Shown: positions 61,101 through 64,000 of the stretch, one piece after another
Numbering within the stretch: position 1 is the first letter of the stretch
Layout: every line of letters starts with the position of its first letter
From: an uncultured Planctomycetales bacterium
GTDB lineage: Bacteria; Omnitrophota; Gorgyraeia; Zapsychrales; Fredricksoniimonadaceae
Assembly (NCBI GenBank): GCA_964572155.1
Contig: CAZNDZ010000001.1
Coordinates: 718,290-782,289 of the forward strand
Direction: 5' to 3'
Length of the DNA: 64,000 nt
The notes under the pieces: generated by a model
The model's input: only the letters and a program-made list of their open reading frames with translations
Told to the model about the DNA's origin: nothing
The model's database searches: none
Program-made: the position numbers and the translations under genes

Positions 61101-64000
61101 AACGGGTGTTAATTGGAACGACATCAATTTGATCACCAGACTTGGCATCAACTGGAATGACTTAAATGCACTTAGCCGCACAGGTATTAATTGGAGTGAT
61201 TTTGCAGTATTGGCTAAGACGGGCATTAATTGGAATGATCTTGGTCGCTTGAGCACTGTTGGCATCAATTGGAATGATTTCAATGTCTTAAGCAAGACAG
61301 GTATCAACTGGAATGATTTAGGTGTCTTAAGCAAGACGGGTATCAATTGGAATGATATGAACCAAATGACACGCATCGGAGTCAATTGGAACGATATTGG
61401 CGTATTAAGCAAGACAGGTATTAATTGGAATGACTTTGGTGTATTAGCTAAGACGGGTATTAATTGGAATGATCTTGGTGTATTATCAAAGGCTTCAATT
61501 AATTGGGCTGGTATGAATACATTGAGTAATGCTGGTGTAAACTGGGCAAATTTAGGCATCTTAAGTAACGCGCAAGTTAATTGGTCTGATTTTGGAACTT
61601 TATCTAAGGCTGGCATTAACTGGAATGATTTAGGCATTATGAGCGAAATTGGCATCAACTGGCAAGACTTCAATCGTTTAAGCAGCACGGGCATTAATTG
61701 GAATAACATGAGCGTTATGAGCCGTGTCGCAATCAATTGGAATGACTTTGCAACGTTAAGTAATACAGGTATCAATTGGAACGATTTAGGTGTGGTCAGT
61801 AAGACGGGTGTCAATTGGAATGACTTTGGTGTCTTAAGCAAGACAGGTATCAATTGGTCAGACATTGGAGTTTTAGCGCGTACAGGTATTAATTGGAGTG
61901 ATTTCAATGTCTTAAGCAAGACAGGTATCAACTGGAATGACTTTGGTGTGTTGTCTAAAGTTGGGGTAAATTGGAATGACTTTGGTGTCTTAAGTAAGAC
62001 AGGTATTAACTGGAATGATTTAGGTGTATTAGGCAAGGTTGGCATTAACTGGAATGACTTTGGTGTATTAACTAAAACAGGCATCAATTGGAGCACCTTT
62101 GATGTGATTAGCAAAACAAATATTAATTGGAACGACTTTGGAGTTATGAGTAAGACTGGCATCAATTGGGGTGATTTAGGCGTCTTATCACGATCATCGA
62201 TTAATTGGGCTGGCATTACGTCACTCGCAAGTTCAGGCGTTAATTGGGAAAACTTCGGGGTCTTAACGAGCGCCGGTGTTAACTGGACCAACTTAAGTCA
62301 ATTAGCTGGCTCATCAATCAACTGGTCAGATTTAGGTGTGATGAGTACCACGGGTGTGAATTGGAGCGATCTTAATACCTTAAGCCGTACGGGTGTCAAT
62401 TGGAATGACTTTGGCGTCTTAGCTAAGGCTGGTATTAACTGGAATGACATGGGCGTATTAAGCCGCACCAGCATTAACTGGAGTGATTTCAGAGCGCTTA
62501 GCACCACAGGTATTAATTGGAATGATTTCAATATTCTGTCTAAGACGGGCATCAATTGGAGTAGCTTAGGTGTATTAAGCTCCTCTGGTATCAATTGGAC
62601 TGACTTCCAACGCTTAAGTACGACAGCAATCAATTGGGAAGATTTTGGAAGATTATCCACAGTCGGTATTAATTGGAATAACTTTGGTGTGATGAGCACG
62701 GTTGGTGTTAATTGGAATGATATCAACACATTGTCTAAGGCTGGTATTAACTGGAATGACTTAGGTGTTTGGAGCAAGGCAGGTATCAACTGGTCCAACT
62801 TTGACCTATTGACTAGAACAGATATCAACTGGAGTGATTTCTCATCCTTAACAAGAAATGGCATCAACTGGTCCAGCTTAGGTCAAATGAGTCAAGCAGG
62901 TGTTAATTGGAATGACTTTGCTGAGCTTGGTAGAATTGGCGTCAATTGGGAAGATTTCAATATCTTAACCCGCACAGGCATCAATTGGTCCAACTTTGGT
63001 GATATGACAACCAAGGGCGTCAACTGGATGGATATGAATCGTTTAACCATGGCTGGTGTGAATTGGAATGACATGAATGTGTTGACCAAGGCGGGCGTTA
63101 ATTGGGCTGGTATGTCTAACTTAACCAACAGCGGTGTAAATTGGGAAAGCATTGGTGGTTTATCTCGTACAACAATTAACTGGTTAGCGTTGGAAACAAT
63201 TTCTAGCGCAGGCGTCAACTGGGAAGGTATTGGTGTCATGAGCGACGCTGGTGTTAACTGGGCTGATTTTGCGAACCTCAGTACCCGTGGCGTCAATTGG
63301 GATGAAATTAGAAAAGTCACTGAAACAGGTATCAATTGGCAAGACTTAAACAGCCTTACAAACTCTGGTATTAACTGGAATAGCATCGGTTCCTTAACAA
63401 CATCGAACATTAATTGGACAGGCATTGATGTGATCTCTAGAACAACAATTAACTGGAATGATATTGGCAGATTATCAACTGTCGGTATCAACTGGACTGA
63501 TGTGTCTAAACAACATTCTGTTGGCATCAACTGGTACGACTTTGCCTTACAAACTGGTGCAGGTATTAATTGGGAAAATGTTTCGAGCGGTCAGTCTGGC
63601 GTCAACTGGGCAGGTATCAACTTCTTGATCAGCGGTGCTAGCGCGTTAAATAGAATTGGTGCAGCAACCGACTCAGCTAGCGCATCATCTACCACCTTGT
63701 TTGGAAAGCTTGGCTATGTGTCAGATCAGGTTACAAATTTAGGAACTACAACCGGATCTGCTGTTGATACTGTACTAACAACCGTGAATACAATTTCAGA
63801 TACATTGGGTTCTTCAACAGACACATCAGCATCAAACACGATCTTTGGTGATATCAAGAATGTTGAAGCCTACATTGGTACCAACACAACTGGTCAAAGC
63901 ATCTTTACAAACTTAGCGAATATTTCAACAGCCGCCACCAAGGGCAAGAGCAGTGCGGATGCTGCCTTAGGTTATACTCAAGAAATCATTGCGGCTATCG
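40105..64000 (+). CDS. Giant secreted tridecapeptide-repeat protein, 3' end truncated by the window. At least 7,965 aa lie inside the window.
   Basis: The ATG is at 40105, after AAAAAGGG. The signal peptide is MLKIKLQLKKLCVTTVILIVMSMVSSSAFA|QY. Frame 1 is open wherever checked: 40105 to about 43600, then 47041, 50461, 52381, 56641, 60481 and 63541-63999. The array begins at about 40981. The ORF track has no + entry only because no stop occurs before the window end. Confidence 0.85.
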   Translation, partial: MLKIKLQLKKLCVTTVILIVMSMVSSSAFAQYSGGSQTGSGEATIGQDIFKGGRQGSSTVGTSNGGSALSHGVATKLYFAVQPSASKHSHTFDRQPVVVVQDANGNTVTDDNTTQIKLEIGNNPGNGYIEGVTTITVVNGVATFSNLNISKAGPLYTLKASATGLTTAYSESFEIYAGTGPKVAAVWDNAAGKYRIYTWVEQDNQRQDVDNTGDDTCDTHTIYAYDGSTEATLTMTKDDANDYCYTASGDAWTPSSTANSYFLDFQITLDASSYRTYAPLDLIKPALQGIRAKTDLINWTNVTDIKSKTDTINWTDVTTINAHTNSINWQDIGVLKSNVSSIKSITDTIDTSVNWQDIVVQTKSGVNWKDIASTTLKGINWDDLSVLTNVAVNWRELNVLGRAGVNWNDLNTLTRIGVNWRDFEVLGRARVNWSSMAEMGKVGINWYDMAVMSGARVTWSQQINWYSLADLTTAGVNWSDLNVMSAKNINWTDINSLSRAGVNWNNFGLLTTVGVNWNDLTVFSRTIINWDDYAVLSRSGINWANFGNLTTSSINWNDINVLSRNGVNWNDFGVLSKAGVNWNDLRIFTRAGVNWQGLNVFSNTYVNWDGLNLMSTNGVNWTNIGLLSTVGVNWADLNVMSRTGVNWGDLNRMSGLGVNWADLNRLSAVGVNWADLNVLTKSGINWYDMNSFTKAGINWTDFGVFSKTGINWNNINIYASANVNWQGLYVLTTSGINWSNIGTMTSTGINWNDFAVMTVKSLNWEDFGILSKVGVNWTDLGTFSKAGVNWYDIQSMGTKGINWNDFNILSKASINWTDFGSLGKAGINWNDIGVLSKNGVNWQDLNVMSKVGINWTDFNRLSGVAVNWSDIGVLSKIGVNWQDFNVISKVGVNWNDFGVLSKAGVNWRDLNILSSTGVNWYDMNILSNTGTNWSNFAVLSKVGVNWNDFGVLSKAGINWNDLTVMSRTNVNWGDLNRMSSLGVNWADLNRMSGLGVNWQDFTVLTKAGINWTDFGVIGRTGINWYDLNVFTKSGINWTDFGVYTKVSINWVSLALQSTNAVNWNDVAKLSASNVNWNFFSALSTTNVNWNDITVLSKAGINWNDIGVLAANGVNWNDLNVLTKVGVNWNDFAVLGKSGINWRDLGILSTVAINWQDFNVMSKTGVNWGDLNRMSSLGVNWADLNRMSALGVNWADFNVLTRSGINWNDFGVLSKTGVNWNDLGVLAKAGVNWNDFGVLSKIGINWNDLNVLSKVGTNWRDFAVLSTVAVNWQDMNVISKSGVNWNDFGVLSKSGVNWQDLNVLSKNGINWNEFVVLGRAGINWQDINVISKVGVNWSDFNVLSRNGVNWQDLNVLSKAGLNWQDFNVLSKSRVNWQDFTVLSSAAINWQDINVLSKAGANWQDLNVLTKGGVNWQDINTLTKAGINWQDMNQLTRTGINWQDVNVLTKTGVNWQNFNVLTSSGINWQDLNVLSKTAINWNDFGVLAKAGVNWNDLNVLSKSGVNWNDFGVLSKNGVNWNDLNVLTRSGINWNDMNALSRAAVNWNDFNVLTRTSINWQDFTSLSKAGVNWNDLNVLSKTGINWQDFNVITRTNVNWQDLNVLSKAGVNWNDFGVLTNSSVNWTGLNLLTTAGVNWANLNVLSTTGVNWADFGVLTKIGVNWSDLNVLTKSGVNWQDFGVLSKVGVNWQNFNVLSNAGINWNDIGVLAKTGINWNDLNVMSRTGVNWGDLNRMSSLGVNWADLNRMSGLGVNWADFTVLTKAGVNWNDFGVMSRVAANWYDLNVFTRASINWNDFGVLAKAGINWNDLNVVTKANVNWNDFAVLSKIGVNWQDMNVLTRNAVNWSDFSVMSRSSINWQGLNTLTTAGVNWTNLNVLSSTGVNWTDLGILTTTGINWQDFNTLSKAGVNWNDLGVLSKTSINWQDFTVLGKAGINWNSLGVMSKVGVNWNDFTVMSRSNVNWADLNSMSSLGVNWADLNRMSGLGVNWQDFTVLTKAGVNWNDFGVMSRVAVNWSDFNVLSKSGINWSDLGVLGKTGINWNDFNVLSKSSINWNDLGVLAKAGVNWNDFNVLSKSGVNWNDLNVLSKAGVNWNDINVITRVGVNWNDFVVLGRAGVNWNDFGVVSKTGINWNDFGVLAKAGINWNDLNVLSKVGVNWNDFGVLGKAGINWNDLNVLSRAAVNWSDINVLSKIGVNWQDLNVLTKTGVNWSDMGALSKAGVNWQNIGILSTVGVNWQDFNTLSKAGVNWNDFGVLSKVGVNWSDLNVLSKTGINWNDFGALSKIGVNWQDLNVLSKAGLNWNDIGVLSKTGINWNDFAVYSKVGINWQDFGVLSKAGLNWTDFGVLSKTGVNWQDLNVLTRNGVNWNDFGVLSKAGVNWNDLNVLSKIGINWSDFNVLTKSSINWNDLNVLSKSGVNWNDFGVLAKTGVNWQDFNVLTRTGVNWNDFGVISKVGVNWQDLNTLSKVGINWQDFAVLAKTSINWQDFAVLGKAGVNWNDFGVLSKSGVNWQDLNVMSRSAVNWGDLNHMSSVGVNWADLNRMSGLGVNWQDFTILTKAGVNWNDFGVMSKVGVNWSDLNVVSKIGVNWSDFTVLSKIGVNWQDLNVMSKVAVNWGDFAVLSKTSINWNDMNVLSRNNINWNDFGVMSKVGVNWNDMNVLSKANINWYDMNVLSKIGVNWQDLNVVSKTGVNWNDFGVMSKVGVNWNDLNVLSKSGINWHDFGVLTKSAVNWSGLNSLSTAGVNWSNLNLLSSANVNWTDLGILSSAGVNWNDMARLTTTAINWNDINVLTRTGINWNDLNVLSRIGMNWADYSVQTRAGINWYDLNVMSRTGVNWGDLNLMSSLGVNWADLNRMSGLGVNWQDFNVLTKAGINWNDFGVMSKVGANWNDLNVLTKVGINWMDVSVLGKTGINWQDLNTLSKSGINWNDFGVLSKIGVNWNDLNVLSRTGVNWNDVGVLSKTGVNWQNMNVLSNVGINWNDIGVLSKNGVNWNDLNVLTKSGINWNDIGVFSRVNINWQDLNVFSRTGINWNDFGVLSKIGVNWSDLGVMSKVAVNWSDFSVLSKTGLNWNDLNVLSRNNINWNDFGVISKVGINWNDMNVLSKANVNWIDVGVLSKTGVNWQDLNVLSKTAINWNDFGVLSKVGVNWNDFNVISKVGVNWNDFGVLSKIGVNWTDFGSLTKANINWNDLNVIGRTGINWNDFGVLSKVGVNWNDMNVLTKSGINWYDFNVLSKAGVNWYDMTVMTRNSVNWAGLSSLSNAGVNWTNLGILTSANVNWSDLGTLSKASINWVDIGLLGTSGINWSDVSVLSRTSVNWNDLNVLTKSGVNWNDFGVMSKIGVNWSDLNVISRTGVNWNDFGVLTKTAVNWQDLSVASRIGVNWNDFGVLSKIGVNWQDMNVLSKNGINWLDMNVLTKAGVNWSDAATLSKASINWNDFAVLGKTGINWYNFNVLSRVGVNWNDLAVMSRSSVNWSDLNSMSSLGVNWADLNRMSGLGVNWSDITVLSKSGINWNNFGVLSTVGINWNSLSVMGNVGVNWNDIQVISKTGINWNDLNVLTKTGVNWNDFGVMSKVGVNWSDLNVLSRTSINWNDMNVLTRIGVNWQDLNVLSKTGVNWNDFGVMSKIGVNWQDFNVLSKTGVNWNDFGVISKTGINWYDLNVLTKSGVNWNDFGVLSKVGVNWYDMNVITRNGINWNDFGVLSKAGVNWSDMNVITRIGMNWSDMSVLSKTGLNWSDIGVLSKTGVNWNDLNVVSRTGINWNDFGVLSKIGVNWSDMNVLSKTGINWYDFNVLSRAGINWRDLNILTKTSVNWVGLSSLSNAGVNWTNLGTLTSSSVNWSDLGALSNAGVNWNDFGVLSKTGINWQDLNVFTRASINWSDFGVLSKTGINWYDLNVVTKAGLNWNDIGVLSKNGINWNDIGVLSKVGINWNDISVVSKTSVNWSDLNVLTKAGINWNDFGVYSKAGINWYDMSVYSKVGINWYDMNILTKSGVNWNDLSILSKTAINWSDFGVMSKTGVNWYDLNVLSRVGVNWYDMNVLTRNSINWNSIASLSLNGINWSNFTVMSRAGVNWVDLGVLSTSSVNWTGMNVLSNASVNWIGIADLSHTNVNWAALQDISSANVNWEGIGVLSNSGVNWSDITVLSKNGINWSDLSVLGRTGINWNDIGVVSKTGINWNDLNILSKTGINWYDMNRLSNTGINWNDIGVLSKNGVNWNDFNVISKVGINWSDLGVLGKTGINWYDMNVLSKTNINWSDLNVLTKTGINWYDMNILSKTGINWYDMNVLSKTGINWNDFGVLSKNGINWNDMGVLTKVGINWSDFNVLSNSGVNWYDMNVLTKSGVNWYDLNVLSKNGINWNDFGVLSKVGINWNDFNVLSKSNINWYDFNVLSKVGVNWRDLGILTKSSINWQGLNDLSNSGVNWTNLSILSAASVNWSDFGTLSKAGVNWNDLGVLSRTGVNWSDWGVLTKTGINWSDLNVLSRTGLNWNDIGVLSKVGVNWSDLNVVSRTGVNWNDFGVLSKTGINWGDLGVLSKTGVNWYDINVLSKNNINWNDIGVLAKAGINWYDFNILSKAGVNWYDLNVLGKSGINWYDMNVLTKTGINWNDLGVLAKAGINWSDMNVMSRTGVNWGDLNRMSSLGVNWADLNRMSGIGVNWQDISVLSKNGINWNDFGVLSKTGINWNDIGVLSNTSINWYDFNVLSKTGINWNDLGVISKTGINWSDIGVLAKTGINWNDINVVSRTNINWSDFTVLSKTGINWNDISRLSTVGVNWNDIGVLSKNGINWNDLNVLSKTGINWNDFGVMSKVGVNWYDMNVLSRTGINWNDVNTLTRNGINWKDLSVFSNAAINWQGLNDLSNSGVNWTNLSILSSASVNWSDLGALSKAGVNWNDFGVLSKTGVNWSDLGILSKTGINWYDMNVLSKTGINWYDFNVLSRAGVNWGDLNVVSRTGVNWNDFGVLSKTGINWNDLGVLSKTGVNWYDFNVLSRAGVNWGDMNVISRTGINWNDFGVLSKAGVNWQDFNVVSRANINWYDYNVLSKAGINWNDFNVLSKAGVNWYDLNVLGKSGINWYDMNVLTKTGINWNDLGVLAKAGINWSDMNVMSRTGVNWGDLNRMSSLGVNWADLNRMSGIGVNWQDISVLSKNGINWNDFGVLSKTGINWNDIGVLAKTGINWYDFNVLSKTGINWNDLGVVSKTGINWSDIGVLAKTGINWNDINVVSRANINWYDFNVLSKTGINWNDMSRLSTVGINWNDIGVLSKNGINWNDLNVLSKTGINWYDFNRLSNTGINWSDMNVLSRTGINWNDFNVLSKTGVNWRDLSVFSNAAINWQGLNDLSNSGVNWTNLSILSAASVNWSDLGALSKAGVNWNDFGVLSKTGINWSDLGILSKTGINWYDMNVLSKTGINWYDFNVLSRAGVNWGDLNVVSRTGVNWNDFGVLSKTGINWNDLGVLSKTGVNWYDFNVLSRAGVNWGDMNVISRTGINWNDFGVLSKAGVNWQDFNVVSRANINWYDYNVLSKAGINWNDFNVLSKAGVNWYDLNVLGKSGINWYDMNVLTKTGINWNDLGVLAKAGINWSDMNVMSRTGVNWGDLNRMSSLGVNWADLNRMSGIGVNWQDISVLSKNGINWNDFGVLSKTGINWNDIGVLAKTGINWYDFNVLSKTGINWNDLGVVSKTGINWSDIGVLAKTGINWNDINVVSRANINWYDFNVLSKTGINWNDMSRLSTVGINWNDIGVLAKTGINWNDLNVLTKTGINWNDFGVLSKVGVNWNDLNVLSRTGINWNDVNTLTRNGINWRDLSVFSNAAINWQGLNDLSNSGVNWTNLSILSAASVNWSDLGALSKAGVNWNDFGVLSKTGINWSDLGILSKTGINWYDMNVLSKTGINWYDFNVLSRAGVNWGDLNVVSRTGVNWNDFGVLSKTGINWNDLGVLSKNGVNWYDFNVLSKSGINWNDMNVLTKTGINWYDMNVLSKSGVNWSDLNVLTKTGINWYDFNVLSKAGINWNDFGTLTKTGINWYDFNILSKTGINWNNFGVLSKVGINWNDMSVMSRASVNWADLNSMSSLGVNWADLNRMSSIGVNWNDIGVLSKTGINWNDFGVISKTGINWNDFGVLTKVGVNWNDLGVLAKTGINWSDFNVLTKTGINWSDLGVLAKTGVNWNDIGVLAKTGINWNDLNVLSRTNINWSDFGVLSKNGINWYDMNVLSRAGINWNDIGVLAKTGVNWNDFGVLSKTGINWNDLGVLAKASINWSDIGVLSKTGVNWNDLNVISRTGVNWNDFGVLSKVGVNWNDLNVLSQSSINWQDFNVLSKTGVNWRDLGVLTKSSINWQGLNDLTNSGVNWTNLSILSAASVNWSDLGALSKAGVNWNDFGVLSKNGINWNDMNVMSRTGVNWSDLNRMSSLGVNWADLNKMSSIGVNWQDIGVLSTTGINWHDFGVLSKTGINWNDFGVIGKMGINWSDFTVLSKVGINWNDMSVLSKNGINWNDIGVLAKTGINWNDLNVISRTNVNWSDIGVLSKTGLNWNDLNVLTRTGINWSDFGVLAKTGVNWNDLGVLSKTGVNWNDIGVLAKTGINWNDFGVLSKTGINWNDFGVLAKSGINWNDFGVMTKTGLNWNDLNVLTRTGINWYDMNRLSNTGINWNDMARLSTVGINWNDIGVLAKTGINWNDLNVLSKTAINWNDIGVLSKNGINWSDMNVLSRTGINWNDFNVLSRVAVNWRDMSVLSNASINWRGLNDLSNSGVNWTNLSILSAAAVNWSDFGALSKAGVNWNNLGVMSTVGINWNDFSKLSQTGINWNDLNVLSKSGINWSGIDVLSSAGVNWQNFGVLTNAGVNWTNMSLLSASAINWTDLGVMTTIGVNWNDIQALTTKGVNWNDFGVLSKVGINWNDMSVLARTGINWNDFNVLSRNGINWYDMNRLSNTGINWNDISVLARTGINWNDLGVVSKTGINWNDFGVLSKNGINWNDLGVLSKTGLNWSDFAVMGKTGINWNDLGVLSKTGVNWNDINLITRLGINWNDLNALSRTGINWSDFAVLAKTGINWNDLGRLSTVGINWNDFNVLSKTGINWNDLGVLSKTGINWNDMNQMTRIGVNWNDIGVLSKTGINWNDFGVLAKTGINWNDLGVLSKASINWAGMNTLSNAGVNWANLGILSNAQVNWSDFGTLSKAGINWNDLGIMSEIGINWQDFNRLSSTGINWNNMSVMSRVAINWNDFATLSNTGINWNDLGVVSKTGVNWNDFGVLSKTGINWSDIGVLARTGINWSDFNVLSKTGINWNDFGVLSKVGVNWNDFGVLSKTGINWNDLGVLGKVGINWNDFGVLTKTGINWSTFDVISKTNINWNDFGVMSKTGINWGDLGVLSRSSINWAGITSLASSGVNWENFGVLTSAGVNWTNLSQLAGSSINWSDLGVMSTTGVNWSDLNTLSRTGVNWNDFGVLAKAGINWNDMGVLSRTSINWSDFRALSTTGINWNDFNILSKTGINWSSLGVLSSSGINWTDFQRLSTTAINWEDFGRLSTVGINWNNFGVMSTVGVNWNDINTLSKAGINWNDLGVWSKAGINWSNFDLLTRTDINWSDFSSLTRNGINWSSLGQMSQAGVNWNDFAELGRIGVNWEDFNILTRTGINWSNFGDMTTKGVNWMDMNRLTMAGVNWNDMNVLTKAGVNWAGMSNLTNSGVNWESIGGLSRTTINWLALETISSAGVNWEGIGVMSDAGVNWADFANLSTRGVNWDEIRKVTETGINWQDLNSLTNSGINWNSIGSLTTSNINWTGIDVISRTTINWNDIGRLSTVGINWTDVSKQHSVGINWYDFALQTGAGINWENVSSGQSGVNWAGINFLISGASALNRIGAATDSASASSTTLFGKLGYVSDQVTNLGTTTGSAVDTVLTTVNTISDTLGSSTDTSASNTIFGDIKNVEAYIGTNTTGQSIFTNLANISTAATKGKSSADAALGYTQEIIAAI
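40981..63610 (+). repeat. Coding tandem array of about 580 copies of a 39-bp (13-aa) unit, consensus (V/I)LSK(T/A)G(V/I)NW(N/x)D(F/L)(G/N), inside the giant gene.
   Basis: An invariant TGG (Trp) codon recurs every 39 nt. The first few units are 15 aa (TDLINWTNVTDIKSK), and the array settles to 13 aa by about 41160. Units differ mostly at synonymous sites, such as ggt/ggc/gga and aat/aac. Confidence 0.9.
53881..57890 (+). repeat. Three near-identical tandem copies of a 1,443-bp higher-order unit (37 x 39 bp) inside the array.
   Basis: The sequence from 53881 is repeated from 55324 and again from 56767, an offset of 1,443 bp each time. Long stretches are nucleotide-identical, for example 54841.. 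with 56284.., and 56030.. with 57470... Copy 3 diverges between about 57300 and 57470. Confidence 0.85.

Noticed and set aside
41184-63530. Long minus-strand ORFs (up to 1,276 aa) from the ORF track with KSFQLTP-type repeats
   Set aside because: They are the antisense reading of the 39-bp coding repeat. They are fragmented into 19 pieces and have no signal peptide, N-terminal domain or RBS. The + strand is a single open frame with a signal peptide and is co-oriented with the operon.
40981-63610. Possible CRISPR array, suggested by the strict short periodicity
   Set aside because: The period is 39 bp and the whole unit is conserved, with no unique spacers. It is an in-frame coding repeat, and no cas genes or leader are present.
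1-64000. Mobile elements, integrases or transposases flanking the accessory region
   Set aside because: No ORF in the window has transposase or integrase motifs, and I saw no inverted-repeat termini. The accessory character rests on gene content only.

Overview
The window is AT-rich bacterial DNA in which nearly every gene lies on the + strand. No mobile element or CRISPR array was seen.

- **1-17 kb, division and cell-wall (dcw) cluster.** A 3' fragment of ribF is followed by mraZ-rsmH-ftsL-ftsI-murE-murF-mraY-murD-ftsW-murG-[secreted HExxH protein]-murC-ddl-ftsQ-ftsA. A textbook sigma70 promoter and a three-repeat MraZ-type operator sit upstream of mraZ. No murB and no ftsZ occur in the window. 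ftsA is followed instead by a convergent small membrane protein, a lipoprotein and a tRNA-Arg on the minus strand.
- **17.6-33.7 kb, accessory genes.**
  - A polytopic GT-C-like membrane glycosyltransferase.
  - A 1,513-aa secreted protein of unknown family that carries a recurrent DAAM motif.
  - A small ORF paired with a retropepsin-like aspartic protease.
  - A complete glycine-cleavage operon (gcvT-gcvH-gcvPA-gcvPB) with an overlapping lipoate-protein-ligase-like gene.
  - An S41 C-terminal processing peptidase.
  - Two GT2 (Dpm1-like) glycosyltransferases with small membrane partners.
- **33.7-40.1 kb, secretin operon.** A bitopic secretin-partner-like protein is followed by a secretin, a secreted TPR protein and two paralogous secreted proteins with FGE-sulfatase (SUMF1/GldJ/GldK-like) domains.
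- **40,105 to the window end, one giant + strand ORF.** It is at least 7,965 aa long and its 3' end is cut off by the window edge. It opens with a signal peptide and an Ig-like N-terminal domain. The rest is about 580 tandem copies of a 13-aa (39-bp) unit with consensus VLSKTGINWNDFG. The array has recurring punctuation motifs and a recent 1,443-bp triplication. This ORF is invisible in the supplied ORF track because it has no stop codon inside the window. The long minus-strand 'KSFQLTP' ORFs the track lists there are antisense artefacts of the repeat.

I infer that the secretin operon plus the giant tridecapeptide-repeat protein form a previously uncharacterised surface-fibre or export system. 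An Omnitrophota-like PVC-group organism is an inference about the source, not something I can verify.
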